The notes under the pieces are model-generated. The model was not told the DNA's origin. It saw only the letters and a program-made list of their open reading frames with translations, and made no database searches. Source: Eledone cirrhosa (taxonomy: Eukaryota). From it: a DNA stretch of 64,000 bases. Both the position numbers and the translations under genes were made by a program. Positions within the stretch are counted from its first letter, which is position 1; each line of letters begins with the position of its first letter. The stretch is from NCBI GenBank assembly GCA_964016885.1, contig OZ024745.1, positions 44,454,001 through 44,518,000 of the forward strand, written 5' to 3'. Positions 28,025 through 40,268 of the stretch are shown in pieces.

Positions 28025-31000
28025 ATGGCCATATTAAGAGTAGGAAGTTTAAATGTTCGCGGCCTGGGGTCACCCTGGAAGGAGGGTCGCCTGCTCAACG
28101 ACCTCCGGTCGCTGGAAATGGATGTGATTGCCGTAAGCGAGACCAGAATTTCCGACACACGCGCACTAGCCCCCATTTTCGACGACTATCAGATCTTCGC
28201 ATCTGTTAGCAGGCCGGGAATGGGGGGTGGGGTAGCAGTGCTGTTTAGGAAAGGACTGGATCTCGAGGTAAGGTCGATCTTCCGGGACCCGGACGGTAAG
28301 TTGGTGGTCTTGGATGTGAACAGTAGCGAAGGTGATGCCTTTAGACTGCTGGCCGTCTACGCCCCTACAGGGGGCGGACGACCTGACTTCTTTAGGTGCC
28401 TGGAGACCTTTCTGGGTATGTCTCGCCCTTTACTGTTAGCGGGGGACTGGAATGGCATCTTAGACGCACGCTGGGATTGTGTGGGAGTAGCCGATAGGAG
28501 CGGGGGGTGCAAAAGCCTCAAGCACCTACTCAGCCAGTTCCAACTGTCTGACAGGTATTGACTAGATTTCCCCAATGTGCCAGTATGGACATGGACCAAC
28601 CGAATGGGGTCATCTAGATCGTATATAGACAGGATCTTCATTAGGAAAATAGATAGAAATAGTGTGGGCTGTCCACTTTTTAAAACGGTCGCCTATTCAG
28701 ATCACAAATTTGTGATCTGTACGGTCGACCTAAATAAAATGCGTAGGTTAGGACCGGGTTACTGGAAGCTGAACATGTCATTTCCGGCACGTAAGGCTTA
28801 CAGGGACCGAGTCAACAATTTAGTTAAGCAAAAGTTGACAGGGGGGATCATCAACAACAGATGGTGGGGGGCTCTCAAAAGAGAGATTAGAGTAACTACG
28901 ATAGAGTTCAGCAAAGAACTAGCGTTAGAGAAAAATAGAAAGGTGGGGGAGCTGGTAGATAAGTTAGACGAGGCTATTGGTAGTGGCATCGCAACTGACG
29001 TGCTAGCGGCGAGAATGGCATTAGACCATTTCTTCAACGTCAAAGACAAAGGTTGCATTGTCAGAGCTAAGGCGCGTGCGCTGAGAAACGAGGGAACTAA
29101 AGCTGTTCGATGGGCTCGCATGGCGGAGGCGCAGTGTGGTAATAAAACCACAATTCGGTCTTTGGCGGACCGAGACGGACACGAGATAAGCGATTCCAAG
29201 TGAATGTGTGAGGCCTTTCGCCAGCACTTTGCTCGGTTGTTCAGGGAGAGTGGCGAGTCAGAGAGAGTAGCGGATTTCAGTCCCTACCTTGACAGCTTGC
29301 CGCGCATCTCGACGGTCGACGCTGAGCGCTGCGAAAGGGCGATTACTTCAGCCGAAATTCAGGACACCCTTGTCGGCTGCATGAGGCGCAAGTCACCCGG
29401 TTTGGATGGCCTGCCCTATGAGCTTTACGTAAATATGCCAGACTTGTTCTCCGAACTCCTCGAAACACTCTACTGCAACTGGCAGCAGAATGGGAGTATT
29501 CCCAGTTCTGTGAGCAGGGGAGTGGTGACGCTGATAAGGAAAGACGAGAACAAGAGGGATACATTAGACAACTTCAGGCCCATAACTCTGCTCAACACAG
29601 AGTTTAAGATTTTGGCCAAGGTGTTAGCAAAGAGATTGGCGCTTGTCGTCGAGGATTTGGTTGGGGAGGCGCAAACTTGTGCAATCCCAGCCAGGTCCAT
29701 ACACGACAATCTCCACCTCATGCGATACATCATAGAGAGGGTAGGGTGTAAACCTAGCTTCGGTGCGGCACTGATCAATTTAGATCAATCGAAAGCATTC
29801 GATAGGGTCGACCATCGGTATCTGGAGTTTGTCCTCAAAGCAGCTGGCTTCGGCCCTGTCTTTAGAAGCTGGATCGTTGCAATGTACAGCGGCACACGCT
29901 CGGTGGTCAAGGTTAATGGCCACCTCTCGGAACCATTTCGGTTCTCCCGATCGGTCCGTCAAGGGTGCCCTCTCTCTTCCCTTCTGTACGTATTGACTCT
30001 CGAGCCTTTACTGCGGAAGCTGGAGCTGTTGCAGGGCATCCCGTTCGAACCGGGACGTGGAAAGGCGGTGTCGGCTTATGCGGATGACATCACCGTGATG
30101 GTGTCGAACACCTCAGAAATCGAGGTGGTCGGCACCTTATTGAAGGAATATGAAAGGTTGACAGGAGCCAAACTTAACCCGGAAAAGTCGGTGGGCTTGC
30201 AGCTCGGAACCTGGAGAGGCAAGCCCATGCCGTCCAACAGCGTCGTGGGGCGCTGGACGGACAGACCGGTAAAGTTGCTCGGGGTTTGGTTCGGACCAGA
30301 CCTCCAGGTGGAAAAGAATTGGGACGAGGTAACGAGCAGAGTAGCCAGTCTCACCCAAAAATGGACTGGGAGGAAGCTATCACTGAAAGGTCGCGCGGAG
30401 GTGGCGAATGCGTACATCGCGTCTGTCATCTACTACCGCCTCGTCAAGTTGGAACGGCTCCTCTTCAAATTCTTGTGGAGGGGACAAGTTCCGTTGGTGA
30501 GGCTGTCCATCTGCTGCCAGCACCCTCTACGCGGAGGGCTGCGCATGCCGTGGCTAATGATGCGCAGACATGCGTTGAGGCTGCGACATCTCCAGATATT
30601 CTGCCTCAACGGTGAACAGGTGTGGTCGCCGTTTATCAGACGGGCCTTTCCGCAGCTCATTTCTTTGACTGAGCTGCAGTCCTGGGTCAAGAAGAGACCG
30701 AGACTGGGTGACTGGCACCTGGAATGTTGCCAGGCACTCACTGCCCTCTACCAAGCGGGCAATGCGATCAGTGGAACTTCCACTCTCGAGTTCTATAGAG
30801 GATTAGTGCTGGGCAAGTGCGATGACGCACTCGGAGAAGCTTTGGGCCTCGACTAAGTTGAACTGACCAGTCTGTACCGGAGGACTTTTGAGCCGGGGAC
30901 GATGGACAATTTCCAGAAATCCCTCGCTTGGCAGTGCTACTGGGGGGCACTGCCGGTTCAGGATAAACTCTACAGGCACGGAAGTGCTGTCAGACGGACC

Positions 31001-31417
31001 TGCCCAAGATGCGCACAGAACGACGAAACCGTTCTGCACGCACTTGTCCAATGTGCGTGCATTACTGACTTGTGGAGTTATGGCGAACAGCTACTGTCGC
31101 GTGTGGAACGAATCCGGCTATCGGCCGAGTCCATAGTGAAGATCAAGCCGCCACCTTCCTTAGGTCAGGAAGAGCAGGACATTTTCCTCTGTCTGGTGGC
31201 AGTTGCGAAAGAGATTATATGGTGGACCAGATTGAAAGGACTAAAGACAGACACTTTTCTCTTCGGCCAATCCCTCATCAACTTCTTCAAGTTTCACCTG
31301 GAAAGGAGGGTGAGGGTGGAGAGAGAAGTGCTGCCCCCCAGTACATTTGCTAAAAGGTGGGTGAATGTGGCGAGAATGGCTCGTGTGAATGGGCCTACTC
31401 TGACCATGCGCCTATAG
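28025..31417 (+). pseudogene. Tx1 ORF2 (APE endonuclease, RT, C-terminal zinc finger) with three in-frame stops
   Basis: SLNVRGL, AVSET, VYAP, AGDWN, SYIDRIF, SDH, YADD and CPRC..H..C. All four ORF pieces lie in one frame, with stops at 28559, 29201 and 30854. Confidence 0.95.
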
Positions 31418-31712
31418 GCTGGCTAACTTGAGGAGAGGGGTGCTCTCCCTGGGTGCCCTAGAAGCGCAGGGTGGTTCAGGATTGGTGGGGTACCCGAATC
31501 ACCCCAGGGTCGTCCACCCCCTATCGGGGAATTTATTTTGTTATATTTATGCATAGTTCATTTTATATTTTTATATTTTCATTGTTAAATTAGTCTTGCC
31601 ATTGTGCACTTTTACTCGACCTTATTGTAAACCCCCACTGTCCCTGTCTTTGTATTGTCCCCTACATGTCGGCCCTTGTGGCTAATAAATGAAATCATTA
31701 TTATTATTATTA

Positions 31713-32067
31713 TTTCATTTGAAAAGGAAAATCAGGGTAGAGAGGGAGGTGCTCTCTTCCCAGCTTTTTGTTGAAAGATGGGTGAGAGAGGCAAGAATGG
31801 CCCGAGTGAATGGACCTACTCTGAGTATATGCCTGTAAATCTGTAAATTGAAGGTGGAAAACAAGGTCACCATGGATTTTTTTAATGGGCTTTCTCCACG
31901 ATGGCCCTCGGAAGTCTCCCCCCTATTGGGGAATTTTTCATTGTTCTTTTATTACATCCTGTTTTTTTGTTTTTTACACACAGAAATGCCCATTTATACC
32001 GTCCTGTATTGTTCTGTACTGTCCTTAATGTCTACTTTGTGTAAACCCTTGTGGTTAATAAAGAAAG

Positions 32068-32101
<34 letters not shown>
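31713..32101 (+). mobile_element. Tx1 3'-end fragment (same subfamily as 25181-25827)
   Basis: Very similar 3' UTR. Ends aataaagaaagc(att)n. Confidence 0.9.
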
Positions 32102-32663
32102 TCCATTATTATTTTTATTGCGCATTATTACTACTTTACCGAGCACAACTCTGTGCGCCTTGGGTATATGAGCAGTGTAGTTTTTGCTGATGTTGTTTCT
32201 ATTGTATTGATAGTACTTTTTGTAATATGTGTGCAGTGCCTAGTAGTGCTATCTTTTGTATGCTGTATATATTTGTAAATCCTGGGGTTTGGGCTATGCA
32301 TTTGTTTGTGTGTTTTTTTTATCATTCCTAGAGCACCTTTTATTATTATCATTAGGATGATAGTTTGGTACTGTTGTTAGAGTATTCAACAAATGTTTCT
32401 GCTCTTTGCATTCTAAGGTCAACTTTGCCTTTCATACTTTAGAGTTTGATAAAATAAAATACCAGTTAAGTACTTGGTTTGATATAATCAACTTCCCCTT
32501 CCTCCAAATTGCTGGCTTTGTGCTAATGCTAGAAAGAATTATTATTGTTGTTATCATTTCAGTTTTGGTTCATCATCATCGTTTAACGTCTATGTTTCCA
32601 TGCTGCCATGGGTATGTTTATGTTTTAGAAAAAGCAGTATGCTGAAATATTTTCATCACTCAC

Positions 32664-32806
32664 CTGCAGTGGATTACAACTGGTGTTTGTGAAAAATTTG
32701 AACGCATGGTTTGGATGAAGTTGATCAATGTTGTAGGATCAACTGTGGCAGTAAAGTCAGGCCATTGCTGGAAGTGCAGGTGTTTTACTGTACGAATTTC
32801 ATCATC
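32664..32806 (-). CDS. RPTP exon: DDEIRTVKHLHFQQWPDFTATVDPTTLINFIQTMRSNFSQTPVVIHC(S)
   Basis: WPD loop and PVVIHCS. gtgag donor. Phase 0 to 2. Confidence 0.95.
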
Positions 32807-32843
32807 CTATCAGTAGAGAAAGATATTATGTATAAATTAGTAC

Positions 32844-32990
32844 TGTGGCTTAGTAGTTGGAGAGTTGAATTCACAATCTTCAAGTTGTGAGTTTGATTCC
32901 CAGACTGGGCAATGTATTGTTGCTTTATTTCGCTCAGCTGTAGAAATGAGTTGCAATGTCACTGGTACCAAGCTCTGGCGTTTATTGCCT
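32844..32990 (+). mobile_element. Decayed tRNA/CORE-type SINE
   Basis: tgtggcttagtagtt...gtgagtttgattccc...ctcagctgtagaaatgag. Confidence 0.6.
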
Positions 32991-33224
32991 GCATGCTATT
33001 TCCACCTTTCAAACTGGACTTGAAGATTGTCCTCAATCTTCGAAAGTACTTTTTTCTCACAATTTCTTTCATTTTATTGCAATATTGGCAGTAATATTGT
33101 GTTTATATAGAAAATATATACAAAACAGAAAATATCAGTCGTGTTTTATGAAACTGTGAATTCATGTGTGTGTATGTGTAAATATGTGCCTGTATGTGTA
33201 TGTGTGTGTATATATGTATGTGAA

Positions 33225-33525
33225 GGCACATAGCATGTTTGGCTCTCAATCATAAAGTCGTGATTTCAATTCTTGGACAAGACAGCACATTGTGTCCTTG
33301 AGCAAGACACTTTATTTCATGTTGCTCCAGTTCACACAGCTGGCAAAAACAAGTTGTACCTGTAAATTCAAGGAGCTAGCCTTGTCACACACTGTGTCAA
33401 CACTGAATTTCCCTGAGAACTACATTAAGTGTCTGTGAAATGCTCAGCCACTAACACGTTTATTTCACGAGCAAGTTCCATTGATTGAATCAACTGAAGC
33501 ACTCATAGAACGACAGAGGCCCTCC
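33225..33525 (+). mobile_element. CORE-type SINE with a different 3' tail
   Basis: ttgtgtccttgagcaagacactttatttcatgttgctccagttcacacagctg core. Confidence 0.7.
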
Positions 33526-33785
33526 ATATATATGGGTATCTGTGTATGTGTATGTGTATGTGAATGTGTGTGTATGAGTGTCTCTGTGTGTATGCTTGTA
33601 TATATATATGTGTGTGTATTTGTGTTTGTTTGTGTATTTGTGTTTATGTGTATGTCTGTGTGTCATGTATGTATGTGTGTGTGTTTGTATGTGTTTGTAT
33701 GTGTTTGGGTGTGTGTTTGTGTTTGTGTGTGTATTTTTTATGCATATGATACAAGAGATTTAATAAAAAAACTGCTTGACTGTAC

Positions 33786-33911
33786 CATATTTAGTATAAT
33801 GTTGCTCTCATTGTAGAAATCGTGAGGGATAATTTCATCTGTTTCTAGCAATATATCTCGGCTGATGATTTTTATTTTCTCCTTCTTTGGCCAGTATGGG
33901 TAACACTTGCG
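33786..33911 (-). CDS. RPTP exon: RKCYPYWPKKEKIKIISRDILLETDEIIPHDFYNESNIILNM
   Basis: KCxxYWP motif. ttttacag acceptor. Phase 0 to 0. Confidence 0.9.
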
Positions 33912-34208
33912 CTGTAAAAAATACAACAGGGATATATATTTCATGATCATCCTCATCATTATCATTTAACATCTGTTTTCTTTTAATAGGTCTTCCCAGA
34001 TTAAGTCATTACTCAAACGGGGCTACTGACCTCTGAGATGGGTCAGGAGCTTGCATTTCACTAACATAAAATCTTGCCCTCTATTAAGTGCATTTTATCA
34101 TGACACCAGTGCCAGGGAGTTTGTTGTGTCTTTGACACAGCTGAAGGGTCTTCCTGATCATTTTTGTTTTTCAATGTCTGGTTGACAGACTAGTTAGAGA
34201 ATACTTAC

Positions 34209-34343
34209 CTTTCCATTCTCTTCACACAGAGTTAACATTACTATAAGACGAACATTTTCCAACCAGATCATTCTCCAAAAGTCATCAACTGTGTGAATCA
34301 AAGGGCCCTGGCATGCAATGTATTCTTTTTCATTGTTATAGCC
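34209..34343 (-). CDS. RPTP exon: GYNNEKEYIACQGPLIHTVDDFWRMIWLENVRLIVMLTLCEENGK
   Basis: YIAxQGP, DFWRMIW and IVMLT motifs. Canonical splice sites. Confidence 0.96.
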
Positions 34344-35532
34344 CTGCAATTGAAAGTAAAAAGATAATTGGTCATCATTAAAATTATTCCTTATTCTTAT
34401 TTATATTATGTGACCTTGTGTCAACATAAATATTTATTCATATCGTCATTGTTTAGCCCTGAGTCATCCCTGATTAAGTAAACCTTTGATCAAAGGTGTT
34501 CTAGTCATGACCACCTCATCCTTTTCTATATTTAGGACTACATTACTCAAGTGGATGCAGACAAGGCTGAGTGGTTAAGAAGTTTGCTTTACAATCATGA
34601 GATCTTTTTTTTTTATCCTTCTGTATGGCTTTTTGGATCAACCCAATCTTTGCAAGGAAAATTTGGTAGACACACATTGTATGACAGTCCATAGGATAGA
34701 TTGTATCTGAATTTCCAAGGTTCAACTCTGTCACATAGTGATGTTGATTTAGCTTATCTATTACATTAAGGATACATGTGGAATACTCAGCAACTTATAT
34801 GTAAGTTCATGAATCAGACACCCAGTTGATTAAACAACTGAATGCTCATTGTCAAAACTAACAGAAGAGCCATCATCATCCTCAGCAGTATCATCATCAC
34901 ATTACCAATGTGTTCTTTCATTCTAAACTGTAGAGTGTGGTTTGAGGGTTTACTTTTATTTCTAACATGTGGAGCAACTAAGTAAAGGCTGTGTGCATGC
35001 ATGCACCTGTGTATGTATGCATGTATGTAGTTGTGTGAATTGAATTGCAATGTAGAGATATTTCTGACTGAGCCAATAAAAGTGTTTCCTTATTACTTAA
35101 TTCTTGAATACCCAAATTATTGAAAATGTTTTGTTTTACTGTTTGTATTCTTTGTGTTGGAAGAAGAATTCATGCATTTTAAAGAGAATATATCTTGGAG
35201 TTCCAGTGCAGTATTTACATTGATGAGCATCCATATAAATATTCTAAACATTTTAGTTGATTTGAGAATTAAAAATTCTTCAATTGGGATTTGAAGAAAA
35301 ATAAGTACACACATAAAAAAGCCATAGGTAGTATTGGATTTAGACTTGAGGTGTTCATAAGCTGTATAAAGCCTGGAGACACCTTATTAAAAAATGATGC
35401 CGGAAAGTTTCCCCAAAATTGAAAACATGGCTTTTAATTATTTTGAAGTTCCTGTGGATTGTGTAGTTCAAAGTTGTAGCTTGTTTTGCATCTACCTAAA
35501 TCTAACAGTGATTGTAGATGAGCAATACTTAC

Positions 35533-35609
35533 AGAAATATAGTTGGCATTGATATAATCAGAGAAAGATTCGTCATCAATTATATCCAGCTTCACTCGAC
35601 TGTGGTCAA
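35533..35609 (-). CDS. RPTP exon: (F)DHSRVKLDIIDDESFSDYINANYIS
   Basis: DxxRVxL and DYINA motifs. Phase 1 to 0. Confidence 0.95.
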
Positions 35610-35852
35610 CTTGAAAATAGATAAAACATGAATATAGGAAAAACAAAAGGGAGGGGGGGGATATAGAGAAGAGAAGCATTTTCAAAAACCTAGAGGAATT
35701 GAAATTCCACATTGAGAGAGTGGCTTGGGTTTAGTGCAGCAAACAGAATAAGTGATGAATAAAGTGAAAACTTTTGTGTGAATATTTCTAATAATCACCA
35801 AATCTCTATCCCTGAAGAGTACATTATTATTTAACTCTTTCGTGAGGGTTTC

Positions 35853-36013
35853 AGACCTGCCAACCTCTAAAAGCCCAAAAGGGGAGTACCACGGAAAGAA
35901 ATGCCCCAAAATGGGGAGATTTTACATAATGAAAGTTGTACCTATTTTCACAAGAGAAGACATCTCTCACGGGTGGGAGATCTCCCTGCCCGACAGGGAG
36001 AGTTGACAGGTCT
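35853..36013. mobile_element. Small MITE-like element
   Basis: Inverted termini agacctgccaac / gttgacaggtct. Confidence 0.55.
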
Positions 36014-36785
36014 CCTGTATTTCTAATAAAATATACTCTATTTGAATGAATAATTATGAATAATAATTTACAAAAATTATTAATTATGTCGAAAAAAATG
36101 AAATGAAATTTCATTTCTCACTCTTAGTACGACTGTTACTTAAATATATGTATGTATACGTACATACATATATGTATACAGACGTACAGTAGTATGTATA
36201 TATATATACATACATGTACACATATATATATGTACGTATGGCCGATTAACTCACTCGATATGCAAATTAGGCTGCTCAGCGTAAGGAAAGTATATACTTT
36301 CAGACGTTCAATCATCTGGCAGGAAGGTATACGTTGCTGACGATAGCTAATAAGCTTGAAACTAGTACAGCGTTCCTTTGTCAGTGTTGAACAAAAGAGC
36401 AACGATGGTTGCTAAACACTGTACGGCTTAATTTGGGATGTTTGTTTACAAACACACCGAGCATTATAATAAATATTCGGTAAATCCATACGTACATATA
36501 TATATGTGTGCATGTATGTATATATATATATATAGATACTACTGTATGTCTGTATACATATATGTATGTACGTATACATACTTATATTTAAGTAACAGCT
36601 GTACTAAGAGTGAGAAATGAAATTTCGTTTTATTTTTTCCGTTTATCATTTTCGGTGCGCCCGGCCAATTAATTCACTCGATATGCAAATTAGGCTGCTC
36701 AGCCGTTAATATGAATAAGGAAAGTACATACTTTCAGACGTTCAATCATCTGGCAGGAAGGTATACGTTGCTGATGATAGCTATT

Positions 36786-39103
36786 ATCATCATCATCATC
36801 ATCAACGTTTAACGTCCGTGTTCCACGCTTGCATCGGTTTGGACGGGGGTTTTCCCACTTGAGGCAAGAGTGATTGTCTTGCTCGCATAGGACTGTCTGG
36901 CGGGTTTTCTACAACTGGATGCCCTTCCTAACGCCAACCACATTTACAGTGTGGGGCTGGGAGGTTTTTACCGTGTTGCCTACACAGCCACATTACAGCG
37001 TGGACTGTCTGGCGGGTTTTCTACAGCTGGATGCCCTTCCTAACACCAACCACATTTACAGTGTAGGGCTGGGAGGTTTTTACCGTGTTGCCTACACGGC
37101 CACATTACAGCGTGGACTGTGTGTTTTTTTGTCGTGACACCTACACGATCTCATTTGTTTCGGCCTGGATGTTGTGGCACCAACATAACTTTACAAGGGG
37201 GGGGGTGGATGGGGTGGGGGTGGTGGGACGGGGGTGTATTTTGTTAGAGATGCCTACTGACTGTAGTAGGTTTTACTTTGTATTTAGGTAAGGTGGGTCT
37301 TCTCTATTACTGAGTACCGCCAAAGGTCTCGGTCCAGTGACATTGTCTTGGAGAGGTGTAAGTGTGCGAGGTCGGAATTTATCAGCTCGTCCCAGGTTTT
37401 TCTGGGTCTGCCTACTCTGTGGCTACCGTCTATCTTTATTGCCCTGCACTTTGTTATACAGCTATCGTCTTTCATGCGCATCACGTGACCATACCAACGT
37501 AGCCTTCTCTCGAGTAAACAACATCTGATCCCTCTTATTTCTAATTTTTTCCTTAGTTCGTTTATGCTTTGTCGTTCACGTATATTACTATTACACATCC
37601 AGCGGAGCATGCAAGCTTCGTTCCTCTCTAGTCTGCGTATATCCTCTGCACACAATGCCCAGGTCTCACTGCCATGCAACATTGCTGTTCGTATGCAGGC
37701 ATCATACAACCTGCCTTTCATTTTTAGGGAGAACCCTTTAGCGGCTAATAGTGGTATAGGCTCTCTGAACTTTTTCCATCCAGTTCTGACTCTAGCTACT
37801 GTACTTTCAGAGCACCCGCCCCCACTGCTGATTTTGTCACCCAGGTAACGGAAGCTGTCCACTATTTCTATAGAACCCTCTGCGCAATTGAAAGAGCTAG
37901 TATTTTGTGGGCACTTGCTGCTACTTATTGCACCAGAGCACCGGCCACATGTAAAATCTATGTTCTTAGTTAGCTTACCTGTGATCCCACTACATCTTTT
38001 ATGCACCCATACTTTGCATTTGGGACATAAAATGGAGTTTCTACCTACGCCTTTCCTACACACTGAGCATGGCCACTTCCCGGAAGGGACCGCCGCCTTA
38101 TTTTCTTTCTTACAAACTAGAACTTTAGTCTTAGCCAGGTTAATTTTAAGGCCTTTTGATTCTAGGCCGTGCTTCCATGTTTGGAATTTCTTCTCTAGCT
38201 CGGCCATTGATTCAGCTATGAGTGTTAGGTCATCTGCGTATAGGAGTTCCCATGGGCAGCCGGTCTTGAACTCCTCTGTTATAGCCTGAAGGGCAATAAT
38301 AAATAGTAGGGGGCTAAGAACAGAGCCCTGATGGACACCAACTTTTACGCTAAACTCTTCACTATATTCGTTGTTAATTCTAACCTTGCTGACTGTTTCT
38401 TTATACATGGCTTGTATAGCTCTCACAAGCCATTCGTCAACACCTAGTTTTCTAAGAGCCCACCAGATAATGGAACGGGGGACTCTGTCGAAGGCTTTCT
38501 CCAAGTCGACAAAAGCTAAGTATAGGGGTTTACTTTTAGCTAGGTACTTCTCCTGTAGTTGTCGTACAATGAAAAGAGCGTCTGTGGTACTTTTGCCTGA
38601 CACAAACCCGAACTGCATTTCATCTAGATCAATTCTCTCTCTGATTAGTTGCGCTATTACTTTTTCTGTGACCTTCATGACCTGGTCGATTAATTTAATG
38701 CTTCTATACTTACTCCTATCTAGGGCATCTCCTTTACCCTTATAACAGTTAACGATAATGCTGCTACGCCAGTCCTTCGGAACAACCCCATTCTGTACGA
38801 CTTGGTTAACTATCTGGGTGACCATGGTGTGTCCCACCGTTCCAGATGCCTTCAGCATCTCAGCAACTATTTCCGAAGGCCCAGCCGTCTTACCCGTCTT
38901 CATATCTTTGATTGCCTTACTTATTATACTACCCTCGACTAACACTGCTGGTCCCTCTATTGGGTCGATGTGGGGGAGACTGTCTTTCTCCCATTTATTC
39001 TCCTCATTTAGTAGCCTTTCGCAGTGACACTTCCAAGCTACCTTCTTATCAGCGTCAGTGATGGCAAGTACGCCGTCATCATTAAGTACACACTTCTCCC
39101 CGG
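36786..39103 (-). mobile_element. Young 5'-truncated RTE-clade LINE
   Basis: Frame open from ~39100 to the stop at 37284. RT motifs FVDLEKAFD, GVHQGSVLSP and LYADD. 3' UTR has a ~110-bp internal duplication and a (GAT)n tail. Confidence 0.95.
37284..39100 (-). CDS. RTE reverse transcriptase (N-truncated) with embedded C4HC3 PHD-type finger
   Basis: The ORF-track 553 aa extends upstream without stops (GEKCVLNDDG...). Finger: CSVC..CPKC..H..C..CGRC. Confidence 0.85.
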
Positions 39104-39738
39104 AAGCTTGAAACTAGTACAGCGTTCCTTTGTCAGTGTTGAACAAAAGAGCAACGATGGTTGCTAAACACTGTACGGCTTAATTCGGGATGTTTGTTTA
39201 CAAACACACCGAGCATTATAATAAATGTTCGGTAAATCCATACGTACATATATGTATGTGTGCATGTATGTATATATATATACATACTACTGTACGTCGT
39301 ATACATATATGTATGTACGTATACATACTTATAATTAATTATTTCGTTACTAGGAAAGTAACATATGGTTCCTATTTAAAATTACGTTGGAAGACATTAA
39401 TTTAAAAAGATGATTGGGTTTGTTTCATAGAGCCAGAGGTGGTTTTGGGTGGCTAATTCTGGTAAAATAATAATAAAAAATAAAAACAGGCTGGCTAACA
39501 TATTTATTAAAATCTAGCTCTAATACATTTTCAAATATTAAGTGTCTGTGTTAAAATATATTATAAAACAGGAAATTTACCCTCCACTTCCTCCTTTATT
39601 ATAGTGAAGTTGTGTGGCCTAGTGGTTAAGATGCTGGTCTCACAATTGTAAGAAGAAGGAGGAGGAGGAGAAGAAGAAGAAGAAGAAGAAGAAGAAGATG
39701 TGATAAGGTTTTAAGCTATTACATAAGTATTTACATAC

Positions 39739-39871
39739 ATGGTAAAACATTCAAAAATCGATTCTTTCTTTTATTCCCAGATTTTTGAGCCTCGTAACAT
39801 GGTAGATATTTGTCATTTGAACTTAGGTCAGATTCCTCAGTGAGAATAAATGGGTTCACTTTGCATAAAGT
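39739..39871 (-). CDS. RPTP exon: TLCKVNPFILTEESDLSSNDKYLPCYEAQKSGNKRKNRFLNVLP
   Basis: NxxKNR(Y/F) motif 1. tttcag acceptor, gtatgt donor. Phase 0 to 1. Confidence 0.92.
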
Positions 39872-40036
39872 CTGAAATGAAATATACAATTATTGTTTGT
39901 TTTGTTGTACATTATCTGATGATATCCTAATAAATTGCCACCACCCAGCTCCAATTAAGAAACACACATAAAACAGCTCATCAAAATCTAATTTGATTGA
40001 TATTTTCCAATTAACATATATCAAAAATATTCTTGC

Positions 40037-40268
40037 TTAACCCTTTAGCATTTACATTACTCTATATAAACTATTGTATTTTCGTAGTAAAAAAGGATTT
40101 ACCTCACATAATTATCTCACATAATATCGAATCTATGAGATATTGATATTATTGATTTTGAGAACAATACCTTAACATCAGTATGATTGGCTAGTTGCAG
40201 CTGGTATGAACAAAAAGAGGTGAGAGAATTCTGGATGGATATGGCCAGTTTAAATACTAAAGGGTTAA
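40037..40268. mobile_element. piggyBac-like MITE
   Basis: ttaa-ccctttagcattta ... taaatactaaaggg-ttaa. Confidence 0.8.

Larger units (their letters stand above)
25828..31712 (+). mobile_element. Full-length L1/Tx1-clade LINE (~5.9 kb), inactivated
   Basis: 5' UTR, ORF1, ORF2 and 3' UTR with aataaa and (att)n. Confidence 0.95.

Noticed and set aside
25424-32101. LTRs or a giant TSD flanking the full-length element (25424-25827 vs 31713-32101)
   Set aside because: Both are Tx1 ORF2/3' UTR ends with multiple substitutions and indels, and the enclosed element has APE-RT non-LTR structure. They are independent truncated insertions.
36354-39335. ~230-bp TSD around the RTE
   Set aside because: The duplicated unit extends to both sides of the insertion point. 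It is a pre-existing tandem repeat into which the RTE inserted.
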